Below, piece by piece: positions 31,450 to 41,449 of a DNA stretch of 64,000 bases (the stretch's first letter is position 1; every line of letters begins with the position of its first letter). The DNA is from Capsulimonadaceae bacterium. Lineage in GTDB: Bacteria; Armatimonadota; Armatimonadia; Armatimonadales; Capsulimonadaceae. A program made the translations under genes and the position numbers. The stretch lies in assembly GCA_965215505.1 (NCBI GenBank), contig OZ244065.1, positions 3,840,001 to 3,904,000 on the forward strand, in the 5' to 3' direction. The notes under the pieces are model-generated. The model did not search any database, was not told where the DNA came from, and saw nothing but the letters and a program-made list of their open reading frames with translations.

Positions 31450-31721
31450 GGGTTTGAGCCTTTCTAAGAGGGTGCAGGAGCCTTAAGGCGGGACCAGAAT
31501 GGCCGCGCCGCCGTCCGTCACCTTTTATGATACCCGGCAGAGCAAGGGCCGGGGGTGGTATACCACCCCCGGCCTGCTCTTGTTCCGCTTCGCTGTTTGC
31601 AATGCCATCACCGACAACGCACTCCTAATTATGGCGTCCGGCCGAGAAATCTATAGGCCGCCGTATTAATGTGAGGTTACGAACAAAATTCGGTGGGATG
31701 GCAGGAAGAGGAGGCCGCCGC

Positions 31722-33254
31722 GTGGAACCGACCGGCATGATGCCCCTGTCCCATCGCGCCGCCCTCGGCCTGCTGCTGTTTTTCCCCTTCCTGACGCCCC
31801 TGGCGGCCCGCGCCGACCCGCCGCCTGCCGTCCCGCCCCCGATCCCCGCGCCGGCAGTGGAGACTCCGGACACGCTAGGCGCGGTCTGGGTGCCGGCCGC
31901 GCCCGGCAACTTCCAGCCGTCTCAGCGTCCCTCGGCTGCGCTCCCGATAGACCGCATCGTCATCCACGACATCGAAGGCACGTCGGGCGAGGCGATCCGC
32001 TGGTTCCGCAACCCCCAAGCGCAGGTGTCCTCGCACTACGTCGTGGACGGCCACACCGGGCAGGTCACCCAGATGGTGCGCGAGCGCGACATCGCCTGGC
32101 ACGCCGGGGACCACGTCACCAACTTCCGCTCCATCGGGATCGAACACGAGGGCTTCGCCTACCGGCCCGGCTTCTTCAACCCGCTCGAATACGAGGCGTC
32201 GGCCCACCTGGTCCGCGCCATCGCCCTGCGCTACGGCATCCCGCGCGACCGCACCCATATCATCGGGCACTTCGAAGTGCCGGACACGGCCCACCCCGGC
32301 CATTTCGGGGGGCGCAACGGCCACACCGACCCCGGCCCATACTGGGACTGGGACTACTTCATGGCCCTGGTCCGCGACGACGCGGCTTTGGCCCAGGGCG
32401 GTGTCCCCGCCGCGCCCATCATCCTGCATCCGGGCGAGGCGGTCCCGGCGTCGTTCGTCCTGTCCAACACGGGCGACGACGCCTGGCCCGCCGACCCCGA
32501 CGCGGCCTCGGCCGCGGCCCTGCGGAGCGCGGGGCCGGTCTACCTGGGCCGGTGGGAGCCGGGCACGGGCGAGACGGTCTGGGGCGGCGGCAGCGCGTTC
32601 TCCGGGCCGGACTGGGTCAGCCCGCGCTTTGCCGCCTCGCCCGCCGGAGGCGACACCGCGCCGGGAACGTCGGGCCGGTTCGTCGTGATGCTCCACGCGC
32701 CGCCCGCCGTCTTCGGCCCGGTTTCCGAGACGTTCCGGCTGTACAAAGTGCCGCCCGCCCCGCGCCTGCCGGTCCCGTTCGGCCCGGTCCTGACCGTTTC
32801 GGCCCGCGTCGTGCCGTGGGAGGTCCGGGCCGACCCGCCCGCCGCGCCGCCTGGGTGGGCAGCGAAGACACTTCCAGGCGGTTCGCGGGCGCTCTGGCGC
32901 GGGAGCGCCGCGCCAAGCCCGGCATCGCCCCGCCCGGTGCAGTGGCAGGCCGTCCTGCCGGTGGCAGGCTCGTGGGACGTGTCCGTCCGCTGGCCGACGG
33001 GGCCGGGGCGGACCGACCGGGCCACTTATGCCGTTTCGGGCAAGACGTTCCGGGTGGACCAGCGCCGGGGCGGCGGGATGTGGCACAGCCTGGGCCGCTT
33101 CCGGTTCGGCGGCCTGCCGGCCGTCGCGGACGTCCGGCCCGGTGCGCCCGTCCCCGCCCCGCCGCCGGTCGTCGGGGCGGTCACCCTGCTGCCGGGGGGG
33201 ATGTCGCCGGGCGTCCTGGTCGCCGGGGAGGTGCGCTTCGTCGGCCCGTACTGA
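31722..33254 (+). CDS. Secreted N-acetylmuramoyl-L-alanine amidase (Amidase_2) with C-terminal beta domains
   Basis: IVIHDIEG, SSHYVV, AWHAG, SIGIEHEG, HTDPG; signal peptide; GTG after GAGGAGG. Confidence 0.88.
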   Translation: MEPTGMMPLSHRAALGLLLFFPFLTPLAARADPPPAVPPPIPAPAVETPDTLGAVWVPAAPGNFQPSQRPSAALPIDRIVIHDIEGTSGEAIRWFRNPQAQVSSHYVVDGHTGQVTQMVRERDIAWHAGDHVTNFRSIGIEHEGFAYRPGFFNPLEYEASAHLVRAIALRYGIPRDRTHIIGHFEVPDTAHPGHFGGRNGHTDPGPYWDWDYFMALVRDDAALAQGGVPAAPIILHPGEAVPASFVLSNTGDDAWPADPDAASAAALRSAGPVYLGRWEPGTGETVWGGGSAFSGPDWVSPRFAASPAGGDTAPGTSGRFVVMLHAPPAVFGPVSETFRLYKVPPAPRLPVPFGPVLTVSARVVPWEVRADPPAAPPGWAAKTLPGGSRALWRGSAAPSPASPRPVQWQAVLPVAGSWDVSVRWPTGPGRTDRATYAVSGKTFRVDQRRGGGMWHSLGRFRFGGLPAVADVRPGAPVPAPPPVVGAVTLLPGGMSPGVLVAGEVRFVGPY

Positions 33255-33345
33255 GGGCGGGCCGACAGGATTAAACACGAAACCGATGGGGGAACATATC
33301 AGACTGAGGGAAGCCGTGAGCATAGAGGGCGGGGATACAGGGGAT

Positions 33346-34908
33346 ATGTTTCATAAGATTGACGCCGCCTCGACGGACATCGCGGAGGCCCCGCACCGCG
33401 CGGACGGACCGGACACGAAGGGCAACCGGGCGGCGACCGGGATCACGGGCCTGGACGACATCCTGGGCGGTGGCCTGCCGTGCAGCCGGCTGTACCTCGT
33501 CCAGGGCTACCCCGGCACCGGCAAGACCACGCTGGCGCTCCAGTTCCTGCGCGAAGGGCAGCAGGCGGGCGAGGCGGGCCTGTATATCACACTGGCCGAG
33601 AGCGCCGAGGAGCTGCGGGCCACGGCGGTCTCGCACGGCTGGGGGCCGGACGACATCGAGATCCACGAACACCTGCCGGCCACTCAGCTCACCCCCGAGG
33701 CGCAGCACACCCTGTTCCATTCCGACGAGGTGGACCTGTCCGAGACGGTCACCGCGCTGCTCCAGGTCATCGAGCGCGCCCAGCCCAAGCGCCTGGTCCT
33801 CGACTCGCTCTCCGAACTCCAGCTGCTGGCCGGGAACCCGTTGCGCTATCGTCGTGAGGTCCTCGCGCTCAAGGACTACTTCGCGCACCGCGACTGCACC
33901 GTCCTCCTGCTGGACGACCGGACCATGAAGGACGGGGACACGCAGCTCCAGAGCCTGTGCCACGGGGTCCTGCTCCTGGAAGGGAAGACGCCCGATTACG
34001 GGGCGGAGCGGCGGCGGCTGCGGGTCACCAAGCTGCGCGGGCTGCGGTTCCGGGGGGGCTGGCACGACTACGCCATCGAGACGGGGGGGCTTCAGGTCTA
34101 CCCCCGGCTGATCGCCGCCGAGTACCGGGAGCAGTCCCTGACGGATCAGGCCGAGAGCGGCGTCCCCGCCCTGGACGCCATGTTCGAGGGCGGGCTGGAC
34201 CGGGGGACGACGACGCTGCTGATGGGGCCTTCCGGGACCGGCAAGTCCAGCGTCGCCACCCGCTTCGCCGTCGCGGCGGCCGGCCGGGGCGAGCGCACGG
34301 CCATGTACATCTTCGACGAGCGCCCGGCCACCCTGTTCGCCCGCTCCCAGGGGCTGGGGATGGACCTGCAAGGGGCAGTCTCCTCGGGGCTTGTCTCGGT
34401 CCAGCCCGTTGACGTGGCCGAGCTGACGCCCGGCGAATTCGCCCAGGCCGTGCGGCACGGGGTCGAGAATGAGGGGGTGCGCCTGGTCATCATTGACAGC
34501 CTGGCGGGGTACACGCACGCGATGCCCGAGACCCACTCCCTGCTGCTGCACCTGCACGAGCTCCTGACCTACCTGGGCCAGAAGGGGGTCACGACGCTGC
34601 TGGCGATCACGCAGCACGGCATGCTGGGGGCCGCAGTGACGGGCGACGTGGACGTCAGCTACCTCGCGGACAACGTGCTGCTGTTCCGGTATTACGAGTT
34701 CGGCGGCGAGGTCTGCAAGGCGGTTTCCGTCTTCAAGCGCCGGGCGGGGCCGCACGAGTACGCGATCCGCGGCCTGGCCCTGGGCGGCGCGGAGGGCATC
34801 AGCGTCGGGGAGCCTTTGACGGCCTTCCGGGGCGTCCTGACCGGCGTTCCCGTCTACGACAAGGCGCTGCCGACGGGCATGGACGAGGGACGCTTCGGTG
34901 AAAATTGA
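33346..34908 (+). CDS. KaiC/RAD55-like double-domain ATPase
   Basis: TGITGLDDILGGG; two Walker A motifs (GYPGTGKT, GPSGTGKS); LVLDS and VIIDS; KLRG. Confidence 0.92.
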   Translation: MFHKIDAASTDIAEAPHRADGPDTKGNRAATGITGLDDILGGGLPCSRLYLVQGYPGTGKTTLALQFLREGQQAGEAGLYITLAESAEELRATAVSHGWGPDDIEIHEHLPATQLTPEAQHTLFHSDEVDLSETVTALLQVIERAQPKRLVLDSLSELQLLAGNPLRYRREVLALKDYFAHRDCTVLLLDDRTMKDGDTQLQSLCHGVLLLEGKTPDYGAERRRLRVTKLRGLRFRGGWHDYAIETGGLQVYPRLIAAEYREQSLTDQAESGVPALDAMFEGGLDRGTTTLLMGPSGTGKSSVATRFAVAAAGRGERTAMYIFDERPATLFARSQGLGMDLQGAVSSGLVSVQPVDVAELTPGEFAQAVRHGVENEGVRLVIIDSLAGYTHAMPETHSLLLHLHELLTYLGQKGVTTLLAITQHGMLGAAVTGDVDVSYLADNVLLFRYYEFGGEVCKAVSVFKRRAGPHEYAIRGLALGGAEGISVGEPLTAFRGVLTGVPVYDKALPTGMDEGRFGEN

Positions 34909-35908
34909 TGTCCCGGCCCTGGACGGCGGGGACGCTCTGCGGAAGCGCGTCCTGATCCTCGCACCGACCGGACGCGACGCCGCGCTGGCCTGCGAGGCTT
35001 TGGCGGGGGCGGGCCTCAGCGCCGAGGCCTGCGCCGACATGGGTGCCCTCTGCCGGGAGGTGGCGGCGGGGGCGGGGGCCGCCCTGATCGCGACCGAGGC
35101 GCTGACTCCGGAGTCCATGCTCCTGCTCCGGGCGACGCTGGGCCTCCAGCCGCCCTGGTCGGACCTGCCGGTCATCATCCTGACGTCGGGCGGCCGGGAG
35201 CCGTCGGGCAAGGGGCGTCTGGCCCAGGCGCTGGACGCCCTGGGCAACACGACCCTGCTGGAACGGCCCCTGCGGGTGGCGACGCTGGTCCATGCCGCCC
35301 AGGCCGCGCTGGGGGCGCGGCGGCGGCAGTACGAGGTGCAAGGCCACCTGGAAGAACACGTCCGGCTGGAGGCCGAGCTGCAAGCCGAATACCGCAAGCA
35401 GCGCGTCTTCCTGCGCGACGTGCTGGCGAGCGTCACCGGGGGCCGCCTGAACCTGTGCGACTCGCGGGCCGACCTGCCCGCCCCGCTGCCCGCCGTGGGC
35501 AACTCTATCTCCCTGTCCCGGACGCAGGGCTTGTACGCGCTGCGCCAGGCGGCCAAGCGGGCCGCGCTGGCTTCGGGCTTCGCGGACGAGCGCTGGCAGG
35601 ACCTGGTCACGGCGGTCAGCGAGGCGGCCATGAACGCCGCCGTCCACGCCGGGGGCGGGGAGGGCCGCGTCTGCGTGGGCGAAACGGGAACCGTGCAGGT
35701 CTGGGTGCGCGACCACGGCCGGGGCATTGACGTGGAGAACCTGCCCCGTGCGGCCCTCGCCAAAGGCTACACCACGGCCGGCAGCCTGGGCCACGGCATG
35801 AAGATGATGCTGGAAAGCACGGACCGCCTGTGGCTCCTGACCAGCCCCGAGGGCACCACGGTCGTCATGGAGCAGGACCGCCTGCCCCCCGCGCCGACGT
35901 GGTACTGA
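34898..35908 (+). CDS. Receiver-like domain fused to RsbT/RsbW-like HATPase
   Basis: RVLILAPTGRDA...QPPWSDLPVIILT...LLERP; SEAAMNAAVHAGGG, DHGRGI, GYTTAGSLGHG. Confidence 0.78.
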   Translation: MKIDVPALDGGDALRKRVLILAPTGRDAALACEALAGAGLSAEACADMGALCREVAAGAGAALIATEALTPESMLLLRATLGLQPPWSDLPVIILTSGGREPSGKGRLAQALDALGNTTLLERPLRVATLVHAAQAALGARRRQYEVQGHLEEHVRLEAELQAEYRKQRVFLRDVLASVTGGRLNLCDSRADLPAPLPAVGNSISLSRTQGLYALRQAAKRAALASGFADERWQDLVTAVSEAAMNAAVHAGGGEGRVCVGETGTVQVWVRDHGRGIDVENLPRAALAKGYTTAGSLGHGMKMMLESTDRLWLLTSPEGTTVVMEQDRLPPAPTWY

Positions 35909-35971
35909 GGCGGGGTGTTCCGGTTGGGTGATCGTGGCCCGGTCTGGGGTGTCCCGTCCCGGCGCGATCGT

Positions 35972-36097
35972 CCCGGCCCTGAAGGGCCGGTCTAAGGTTT
36001 TATTGGGGTATTCCCGGCTCCGCCGGTGGGCCGCCCGCTTCGGGGCTTCGGACAACATCATCCTGCGTATTGTAGGGGCGCTGCTCGCCGCGCCCTC
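35972..36097. repeat. Family B element with GTAG-type palindrome
   Basis: CCCGGCCCTGAAGGGCCGG...CGCCGGTGGGCCGCCC..CGGGGCTTCGGA, then GTAGGGGCG...CGCCCTC. Confidence 0.8.
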
Positions 36098-36153
36098 TTC
36101 TCCGCGCGCCTTCTTCTCCATCCGTGTGGACCGGCGGTTTAACGCCGGGACTG

Positions 36154-38019
36154 TCAGAACCGCAGGAACATGAGGTTCGGCGTGGCCGTCGAGCCGCCCG
36201 CTAGCTCCACCCCGAAGGCGTTGCTCCCGAAAATCTCCATCTTGTTCCTGACATACAGCAGCAGCAGATGGCCAAACTTGTCGAACGTCCCGGCGGCAGC
36301 ACCGGGATAGCCCCACGACATCGTTGCGACGTTCGAGCGGGAACTGGTGTTCGTGGAATGGAATGCCAGCCGCCCCGTGTTGTTGGTGACGTTGACGGGC
36401 GTACTCCACGGGCCGCCGCTGCTCATCGAGACGTACAGCTCCTCGTCTGTCTTCTTGCCGGTGTCGTTCATGTGCATGATCGCCACCATCCGGCCTGCGG
36501 GACCCTGGAACGCCTCCATGCCGAGCAGCTTGCCGCCCGTTCCTTTCACGGCGCGGATGGTCTTCGGCTCAGAATCGCTGCCCACCGTGTAGTCGCGGAC
36601 GTTCGGCTGCTCGCCGCGCGGATACAGCGTGATGATGTGTTTCCGACCCTCGGCATCCACCAGCAGGGTGGGGGGATAGGACCAGTATTCAAAGACGGAA
36701 CCCGGCAGATCAACCCCAGGCGTCTGCCCGCCGTTCTCAATCAGCCGGAAATGGTTCCCCTCCCCGCCGCGCGCGGGTGCGACGAGGCTGACGAAGTGCG
36801 GCTGCCCCGATGCGTCCACATACCCATTGAGCATGTCCAGTCCGTCGCAGACGGGTCCCATCTGGTTCGAGGTCACAGGGGGAAGGTAGACCTGACGCGG
36901 CGGGGTGGGCGTGGTGCCGTCCAGAGTCGCCTCCATCACCATGCCGATGCCAACATCCGCCGAGTTCTGGGTCGGCGAGAACTTCACTTCGGGGTGCAGG
37001 ATGGCCGGGTCCTCGTTCCAGAAAACGTGAACCGCCCCGGCGGGATCGGTCGCGACGAAATAGGAGGCCGAGCCGATCATCTGGTTCGTGTTGGTCGCCA
37101 TCTGGTGGATGGGGATCGCCCTGCCGCTCCACTGCCCGCCGCTGAGGACGCGGTACACGAGGTTGTTGGAGCCGCTGGACGCATGCGGGACGATGTCGGC
37201 GGGATTATACTGGGCCGAGCCGACGCGCCAGATGACGTAGACCCGTCCCGCGCGGTCGGCGGCGACCTGACAGCTCCCGACTTTCAGGTCGGGCATGACT
37301 TCGGAGAGGTTTTTGGCCTCGCTCCACGTCCTGCCCCCGTCCGAACTCGACCGGTGGTAGATGTCACATTCGATGCCGCGCGCCTGCTGCTCGAAGAACG
37401 CGACATGGATGACTCCGTCCGGCGCGACGACGATGGACGGACTCTGGATGTTGGTGTCGTGCTTTGAGATCTTGACCCCGTCAATGGGGACGCCGCCCGC
37501 CGAGGCGACCGCCAGGCCGCCGTATTTGTTGGCGTGGACGAGGGCCGACCTGTCGAGCGGCGGGGGCGGCGTGCCCGGCGGGGGCGGCGTGCCCGCCGGT
37601 GCCGCCGATGCCGGGGCGGGCTGGTTCTGGGCCGCCGTCCCCGGCGCTGCTGGGGCGTCGGCCGGCGCGGCGGGTGGCGTCTTCAGGCCTGCCAGCAGGG
37701 CGTTTGCATAGTTCTCGTACATGGACGCCGACTTCTTCAGGGCCTCCGCCTGCTCCGCCGACTGCCCCTTCGCCCCGAACGCCTTGGCGGCCCGGCCGTA
37801 CACCTGCGCGGCCTGCTGCCACTGCTTGTCGGTCTCCAGCGCAGCGGCCTGATGCATCAGAGTCGCCGGGTCGGTGGAAGCCGCTGGGGCCGCCGACGCC
37901 GCAGCCGGACTTAGAATTTGCAGTGCCAATAGCGGCACCGGACACAACACGAAGTGGCTCAACACGACCGCCCCGAGCCGGGCGACCGTTGCCGCCGACC
38001 GTTGCCTGCTTGCCCCCAT
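36154..38019 (-). CDS. Secreted protein: helical N-terminus, Pro/Ala linker, Asp-box beta-propeller-like domain
   Basis: Signal-like N-terminus; SSDGGRTWS Asp box; repeated G.IHV.F/W strands. Confidence 0.7.
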   Translation of the reverse strand: MGASRQRSAATVARLGAVVLSHFVLCPVPLLALQILSPAAASAAPAASTDPATLMHQAAALETDKQWQQAAQVYGRAAKAFGAKGQSAEQAEALKKSASMYENYANALLAGLKTPPAAPADAPAAPGTAAQNQPAPASAAPAGTPPPPGTPPPPLDRSALVHANKYGGLAVASAGGVPIDGVKISKHDTNIQSPSIVVAPDGVIHVAFFEQQARGIECDIYHRSSSDGGRTWSEAKNLSEVMPDLKVGSCQVAADRAGRVYVIWRVGSAQYNPADIVPHASSGSNNLVYRVLSGGQWSGRAIPIHQMATNTNQMIGSASYFVATDPAGAVHVFWNEDPAILHPEVKFSPTQNSADVGIGMVMEATLDGTTPTPPRQVYLPPVTSNQMGPVCDGLDMLNGYVDASGQPHFVSLVAPARGGEGNHFRLIENGGQTPGVDLPGSVFEYWSYPPTLLVDAEGRKHIITLYPRGEQPNVRDYTVGSDSEPKTIRAVKGTGGKLLGMEAFQGPAGRMVAIMHMNDTGKKTDEELYVSMSSGGPWSTPVNVTNNTGRLAFHSTNTSSRSNVATMSWGYPGAAAGTFDKFGHLLLLYVRNKMEIFGSNAFGVELAGGSTATPNLMFLRF

Positions 38020-38127
38020 ATTTTCCGTCCTCCTGAGACTCCCCTATGGGTCGTCTCCCTGCACACCCATTAGCCACCTGCCACTAAGTCTCCTCCTTCG
38101 GCACCCGCCGCACACCGATGGGACTTT

Positions 38128-40602
38128 CTACGCCTCGACTAGCTCGACGAATTTGGCGGGGAGGACAACGGGCTTGCCGCGCGTGAACTGGATCTCGAGG
38201 CGGGGGCTGAGGCGGTCGCCCCGGACGGCGAGGATGACGCCGACGCCGTGCTGGGGGTGGTGGACGCGGCCCCCGACGTGGACGCCGCCGGGGCGGAAGG
38301 CGGTGCGTCCCGGCGCGGGGGCGGCTTCGGGGGGCTTGGGGGCGTGGTCGGCGAGGTCCGGGAAGGCGTCCGGGTCGGGCGGCGGGGCGGGCAGGAGGGC
38401 GGCCCAGGCCGTCCGGTGCGCCTCGGTCAGTCCCAGGGGCGCGGAGAGGTTCTGGCGGGCGGCGGCATCAAGGAGGGCGTGGAGGCGGGCGGCGGCGGCC
38501 TGGGCCTGGGCGGGCGCGATGTCCCACCAGGTCCCGAAATAGCGTTCCAGGCCCAGCGCGGACGTGTGGCGGGCGAGGGCCAGGACGTCGGCGGTCTGCC
38601 ACGAGGCGGGGTCGCGGGCGACCAGGGTTTTGACCTGACGGACGGCGTCCAGGGTGCCGCGCCAGTCGGCCTCGGCCAAAAACTGCGAGGGCGGTTCGGT
38701 GCGGACCATGTGCAGGTGCAGCCGCGACTGGGTGCGGGTGAGGGCGACGTAGAACAAGCGCCGCTCCTCCTCGACCTCGTCCGGGCCGCCGTAGGGGAAG
38801 ATGCCCTGGTTGCAGTCGGGGACGAAGACGATTGGCCACTGGAGTCCTTTGGCCCGGAAGACGGTCAGCAGCGAGACGGAGTCCGCCGCCGACGTCCGGC
38901 CCTGGCCGACGCCCCGCGCGGCCAGGTCGTCCAGGTGGGCGAGCAGGGCGGCGGGGGTGCTTAGGCCCTGGGCGTAGCGCAGGAATGCCTCGACATTGGC
39001 CGCGCGGGCGGCCCCCGTCTCGGGGAAGCCGCTCGACCGGCGCAGATAGTCGGTGTAGCCGATCTTGCGGTCCAGCAGTGTCAGGGCGGCCCCGGCGGGC
39101 AGGGTGTCCAATGCGCCCGCCAGCCATGTCAGTGTCTCGGCCAGGTCCAGCAGGCGCGACCCCAGGTGGTCGGAGGCGGATTTGGCGGCCTCGGCCAAGG
39201 CCCCAGCCAGTGTCCCGCCGCGCCGGACGGTCTGGGCGATTGCCTCGGCGGCGACGCGCGAGAAATAGCGGGTGGGCTTGTTGGCGATCCGGTGCCAGCG
39301 CGTCTCCCAGTCCTGGGGCGTGTCCCCGCGCTCCATCTGGGCCAGCCGCAGATAGTCCAGCAGGGTCAGGACCTCGGGGCGGGCGTAGAACGGGCTGCTG
39401 CCGACGACCCGGTAGGGCAGGCCCGCCTCCAGAAACGCCTGCTCCAAGTACGGCGTCTGGGCGTACAGCCGGACCAGGACGGCGACCTCAGCGGCCCGGT
39501 GTCCCGCCTCTAAAGCCTCCCGGACCAGGGCGGCGACGTGCCGGCCCTGCTTCTCCGGCGAGTCCTCGGTGTGGACCTGCAAGTCGCCGTCGAAGCCGCG
39601 CGTCAGCGACAGGCGCTTCGGCTCGCGCTTCCGGTTGCGCTCGATGACGCGGTTCGCCAGGGCGAGCGGGGCGGCGTGGGAGCGGAAGTTGTCGCGGATG
39701 AAGTAGCGGGCGGCGTTGTAGCGCCCGGCGAACGACAGGATCAGGCTGGGGTCGGCCCCGCGCCACTCGTAGATGGTCTGGTCGTCGTCCCCGATCCCCA
39801 TGTAGTTCCGGTCCGGGCCGGTCAGCAGATCTAAAATCTCGGACTGGACGCGGTTCACGTCCTGGAACTCGTCCACCAGCACGCACCGGAACCGACGTCT
39901 TGCTTCGGCCAGCACGTCCGGGAAGCGGTGCAGGCACTCCCACCCCGACAGCAGCATGTCGTCGAAGGTCAGGACGCGCTCCTGGGCGCGGACCCGCTCG
40001 TACAGCCCGTACAGGTCCCGATACCAGGGGAAGCCGGGCGGCGCGGGCGCCTGGGCGGCGAGGGCGCGGGCGGTCGGGGGCAGGCCCGCGCCCTCCAGGT
40101 CGGCGTACCAGAGGTTCGCCTTCATGACGCCGACATAGGTGAGGAAGTCGGGCCGGTCCAGCTCATCGAGTTCGGGCGCGTAGGCGACCTTCTCCCGCCA
40201 GGCGCGGGACAGAACGCGGCCCAGAAGCTGCGAGTCGGAGCTGTCCTCCTCGGACGACAGGCCGAGTTCCGGCAGGTGCCCGGCCCGCTGCGCCAGCCGG
40301 AGCAGGCCCCAGCCGACCGCGTGCAATGTCTGCACCTGGACGGGGGCGCAGTGCGGCCAGCGGGCGAGGGCGGCCTTGATGTCCGAGACGGAGGCTTTGC
40401 TGAAAGAAGTGGCGAGGATGGACCGGGCGGGGAAGACGCCTTCGCGCACCAGCCGCTCGATGCGGTGCGTCATAGCGGTGGTCTTGCCCGCGCCGGCCAC
40501 GGCGAAGACGAGGGCCGGCCCGCCGTCGTGGGCCACGATGGCGCGCTGCTCGTCGGTGAGCGGGGTGTCAGTGGGCGGAGTGTCGGTGGGGAAAGGGGTC
40601 AC
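38128..40602 (-). CDS. UvrD/Rep/PcrA-family helicase
   Basis: LTDEQ, AVAGAGKTT, LVDEFQD, GDDDQTIYEWRGA, TVFRAKGLQW, EERRLFYVALTR; TATAAT 6 nt before GTG. Confidence 0.93.
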   Translation of the reverse strand: MTPFPTDTPPTDTPLTDEQRAIVAHDGGPALVFAVAGAGKTTAMTHRIERLVREGVFPARSILATSFSKASVSDIKAALARWPHCAPVQVQTLHAVGWGLLRLAQRAGHLPELGLSSEEDSSDSQLLGRVLSRAWREKVAYAPELDELDRPDFLTYVGVMKANLWYADLEGAGLPPTARALAAQAPAPPGFPWYRDLYGLYERVRAQERVLTFDDMLLSGWECLHRFPDVLAEARRRFRCVLVDEFQDVNRVQSEILDLLTGPDRNYMGIGDDDQTIYEWRGADPSLILSFAGRYNAARYFIRDNFRSHAAPLALANRVIERNRKREPKRLSLTRGFDGDLQVHTEDSPEKQGRHVAALVREALEAGHRAAEVAVLVRLYAQTPYLEQAFLEAGLPYRVVGSSPFYARPEVLTLLDYLRLAQMERGDTPQDWETRWHRIANKPTRYFSRVAAEAIAQTVRRGGTLAGALAEAAKSASDHLGSRLLDLAETLTWLAGALDTLPAGAALTLLDRKIGYTDYLRRSSGFPETGAARAANVEAFLRYAQGLSTPAALLAHLDDLAARGVGQGRTSAADSVSLLTVFRAKGLQWPIVFVPDCNQGIFPYGGPDEVEEERRLFYVALTRTQSRLHLHMVRTEPPSQFLAEADWRGTLDAVRQVKTLVARDPASWQTADVLALARHTSALGLERYFGTWWDIAPAQAQAAAARLHALLDAAARQNLSAPLGLTEAHRTAWAALLPAPPPDPDAFPDLADHAPKPPEAAPAPGRTAFRPGGVHVGGRVHHPQHGVGVILAVRGDRLSPRLEIQFTRGKPVVLPAKFVELVEA

Positions 40603-40744
40603 GAGGACATTATACTGGCAAACCGCGTCCCGGCGCAAGGGAACCGGTGCGGGAGGGCAGGCACGAGGCGAACCCGGCCCTGAAGGGCCGGGTCCTTCAC
40701 GGCCAGGTCCTTCACGGCCGGGAACGCGCGTGCCAGGCGGGACT

Positions 40745-41128
40745 TCAGTCCCCCATCCCCGACCCCGACGCGCCGGTCGGAGAGCCGCCGACCGTGCCGG
40801 TGCTGGGGACGGGCGTCCCGGACAGGCCGCCGGTGGGCGCGTCGCCCGACTCGGGGGCGTCCGCCGTGCCGGCCGCGTTCTCGGTGTTCGGCATGGCCGA
40901 CTGCGGCCCGCCGACCGCGCCCGCCGACTCTTCCAGCGAGTCGCCGCTGTTTGCGCCCGCGTCGTCCAGGCTGCCCGTGTCGCCGAGGCTGCCGGTGCCG
41001 CCCATCAGGACCTCAGCGCTGGGGACGGCCACGCCGCCGTTCGTCGGGCCGCCGCCGGTCGCGCCCGGCCCCGTCGCGGCGGGGCGGCTGCCGCCGGTCG
41101 CGGCCACTTCCGCTGCCTTGTCTGCCAT
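40745..41128 (-). CDS. Small Gly/Ser/Thr-rich low-complexity protein
   Basis: 127-aa ORF after GAGGAAAG; acidic, no aromatic residues. Confidence 0.6.
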   Translation of the reverse strand: MADKAAEVAATGGSRPAATGPGATGGGPTNGGVAVPSAEVLMGGTGSLGDTGSLDDAGANSGDSLEESAGAVGGPQSAMPNTENAAGTADAPESGDAPTGGLSGTPVPSTGTVGGSPTGASGSGMGD

Positions 41129-41158
41129 CGTCGTCTTTCCTCTCTTGCTGCCGTCTCT

Positions 41159-41449
41159 TTACGCTTCCCCGACGCCGGTGCGCGTGCTGCCGTCGGTGTT
41201 GGGCGCGTCCACGCCGCCCGCGTCGGCGACGCCGGGGTCCATCTCCTCGCCGGTTTCGTCGGGGTCATAAGCGTCCGCCGTAAGCTGGTCCCCGGCGGGG
41301 ATGCTGTCCGCCGTCGGGCTGGGTCCCACCTGGCCGGTCGGGTTCGGGTCGCCGGGCATCGGCATGTCGGCGTCGCTGATGCCCTGCGGGGCGTCGGCCA
41401 GCTCGCGCACCAGGCGCTCTTTCAGGTCTTCGGTATAGTCTTCGCTCAC
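41159..41449 (-). CDS. Small acidic hypothetical protein
   Basis: GTG after AAAGGA; D/E/P/G-rich. Confidence 0.6.
   Translation of the reverse strand: MSEDYTEDLKERLVRELADAPQGISDADMPMPGDPNPTGQVGPSPTADSIPAGDQLTADAYDPDETGEEMDPGVADAGGVDAPNTDGSTRTGVGEA

Noticed and set aside
33346-34908. Circadian clock locus
   Set aside because: No kaiA or kaiB; resembles the broad KaiC-like signalling ATPases.
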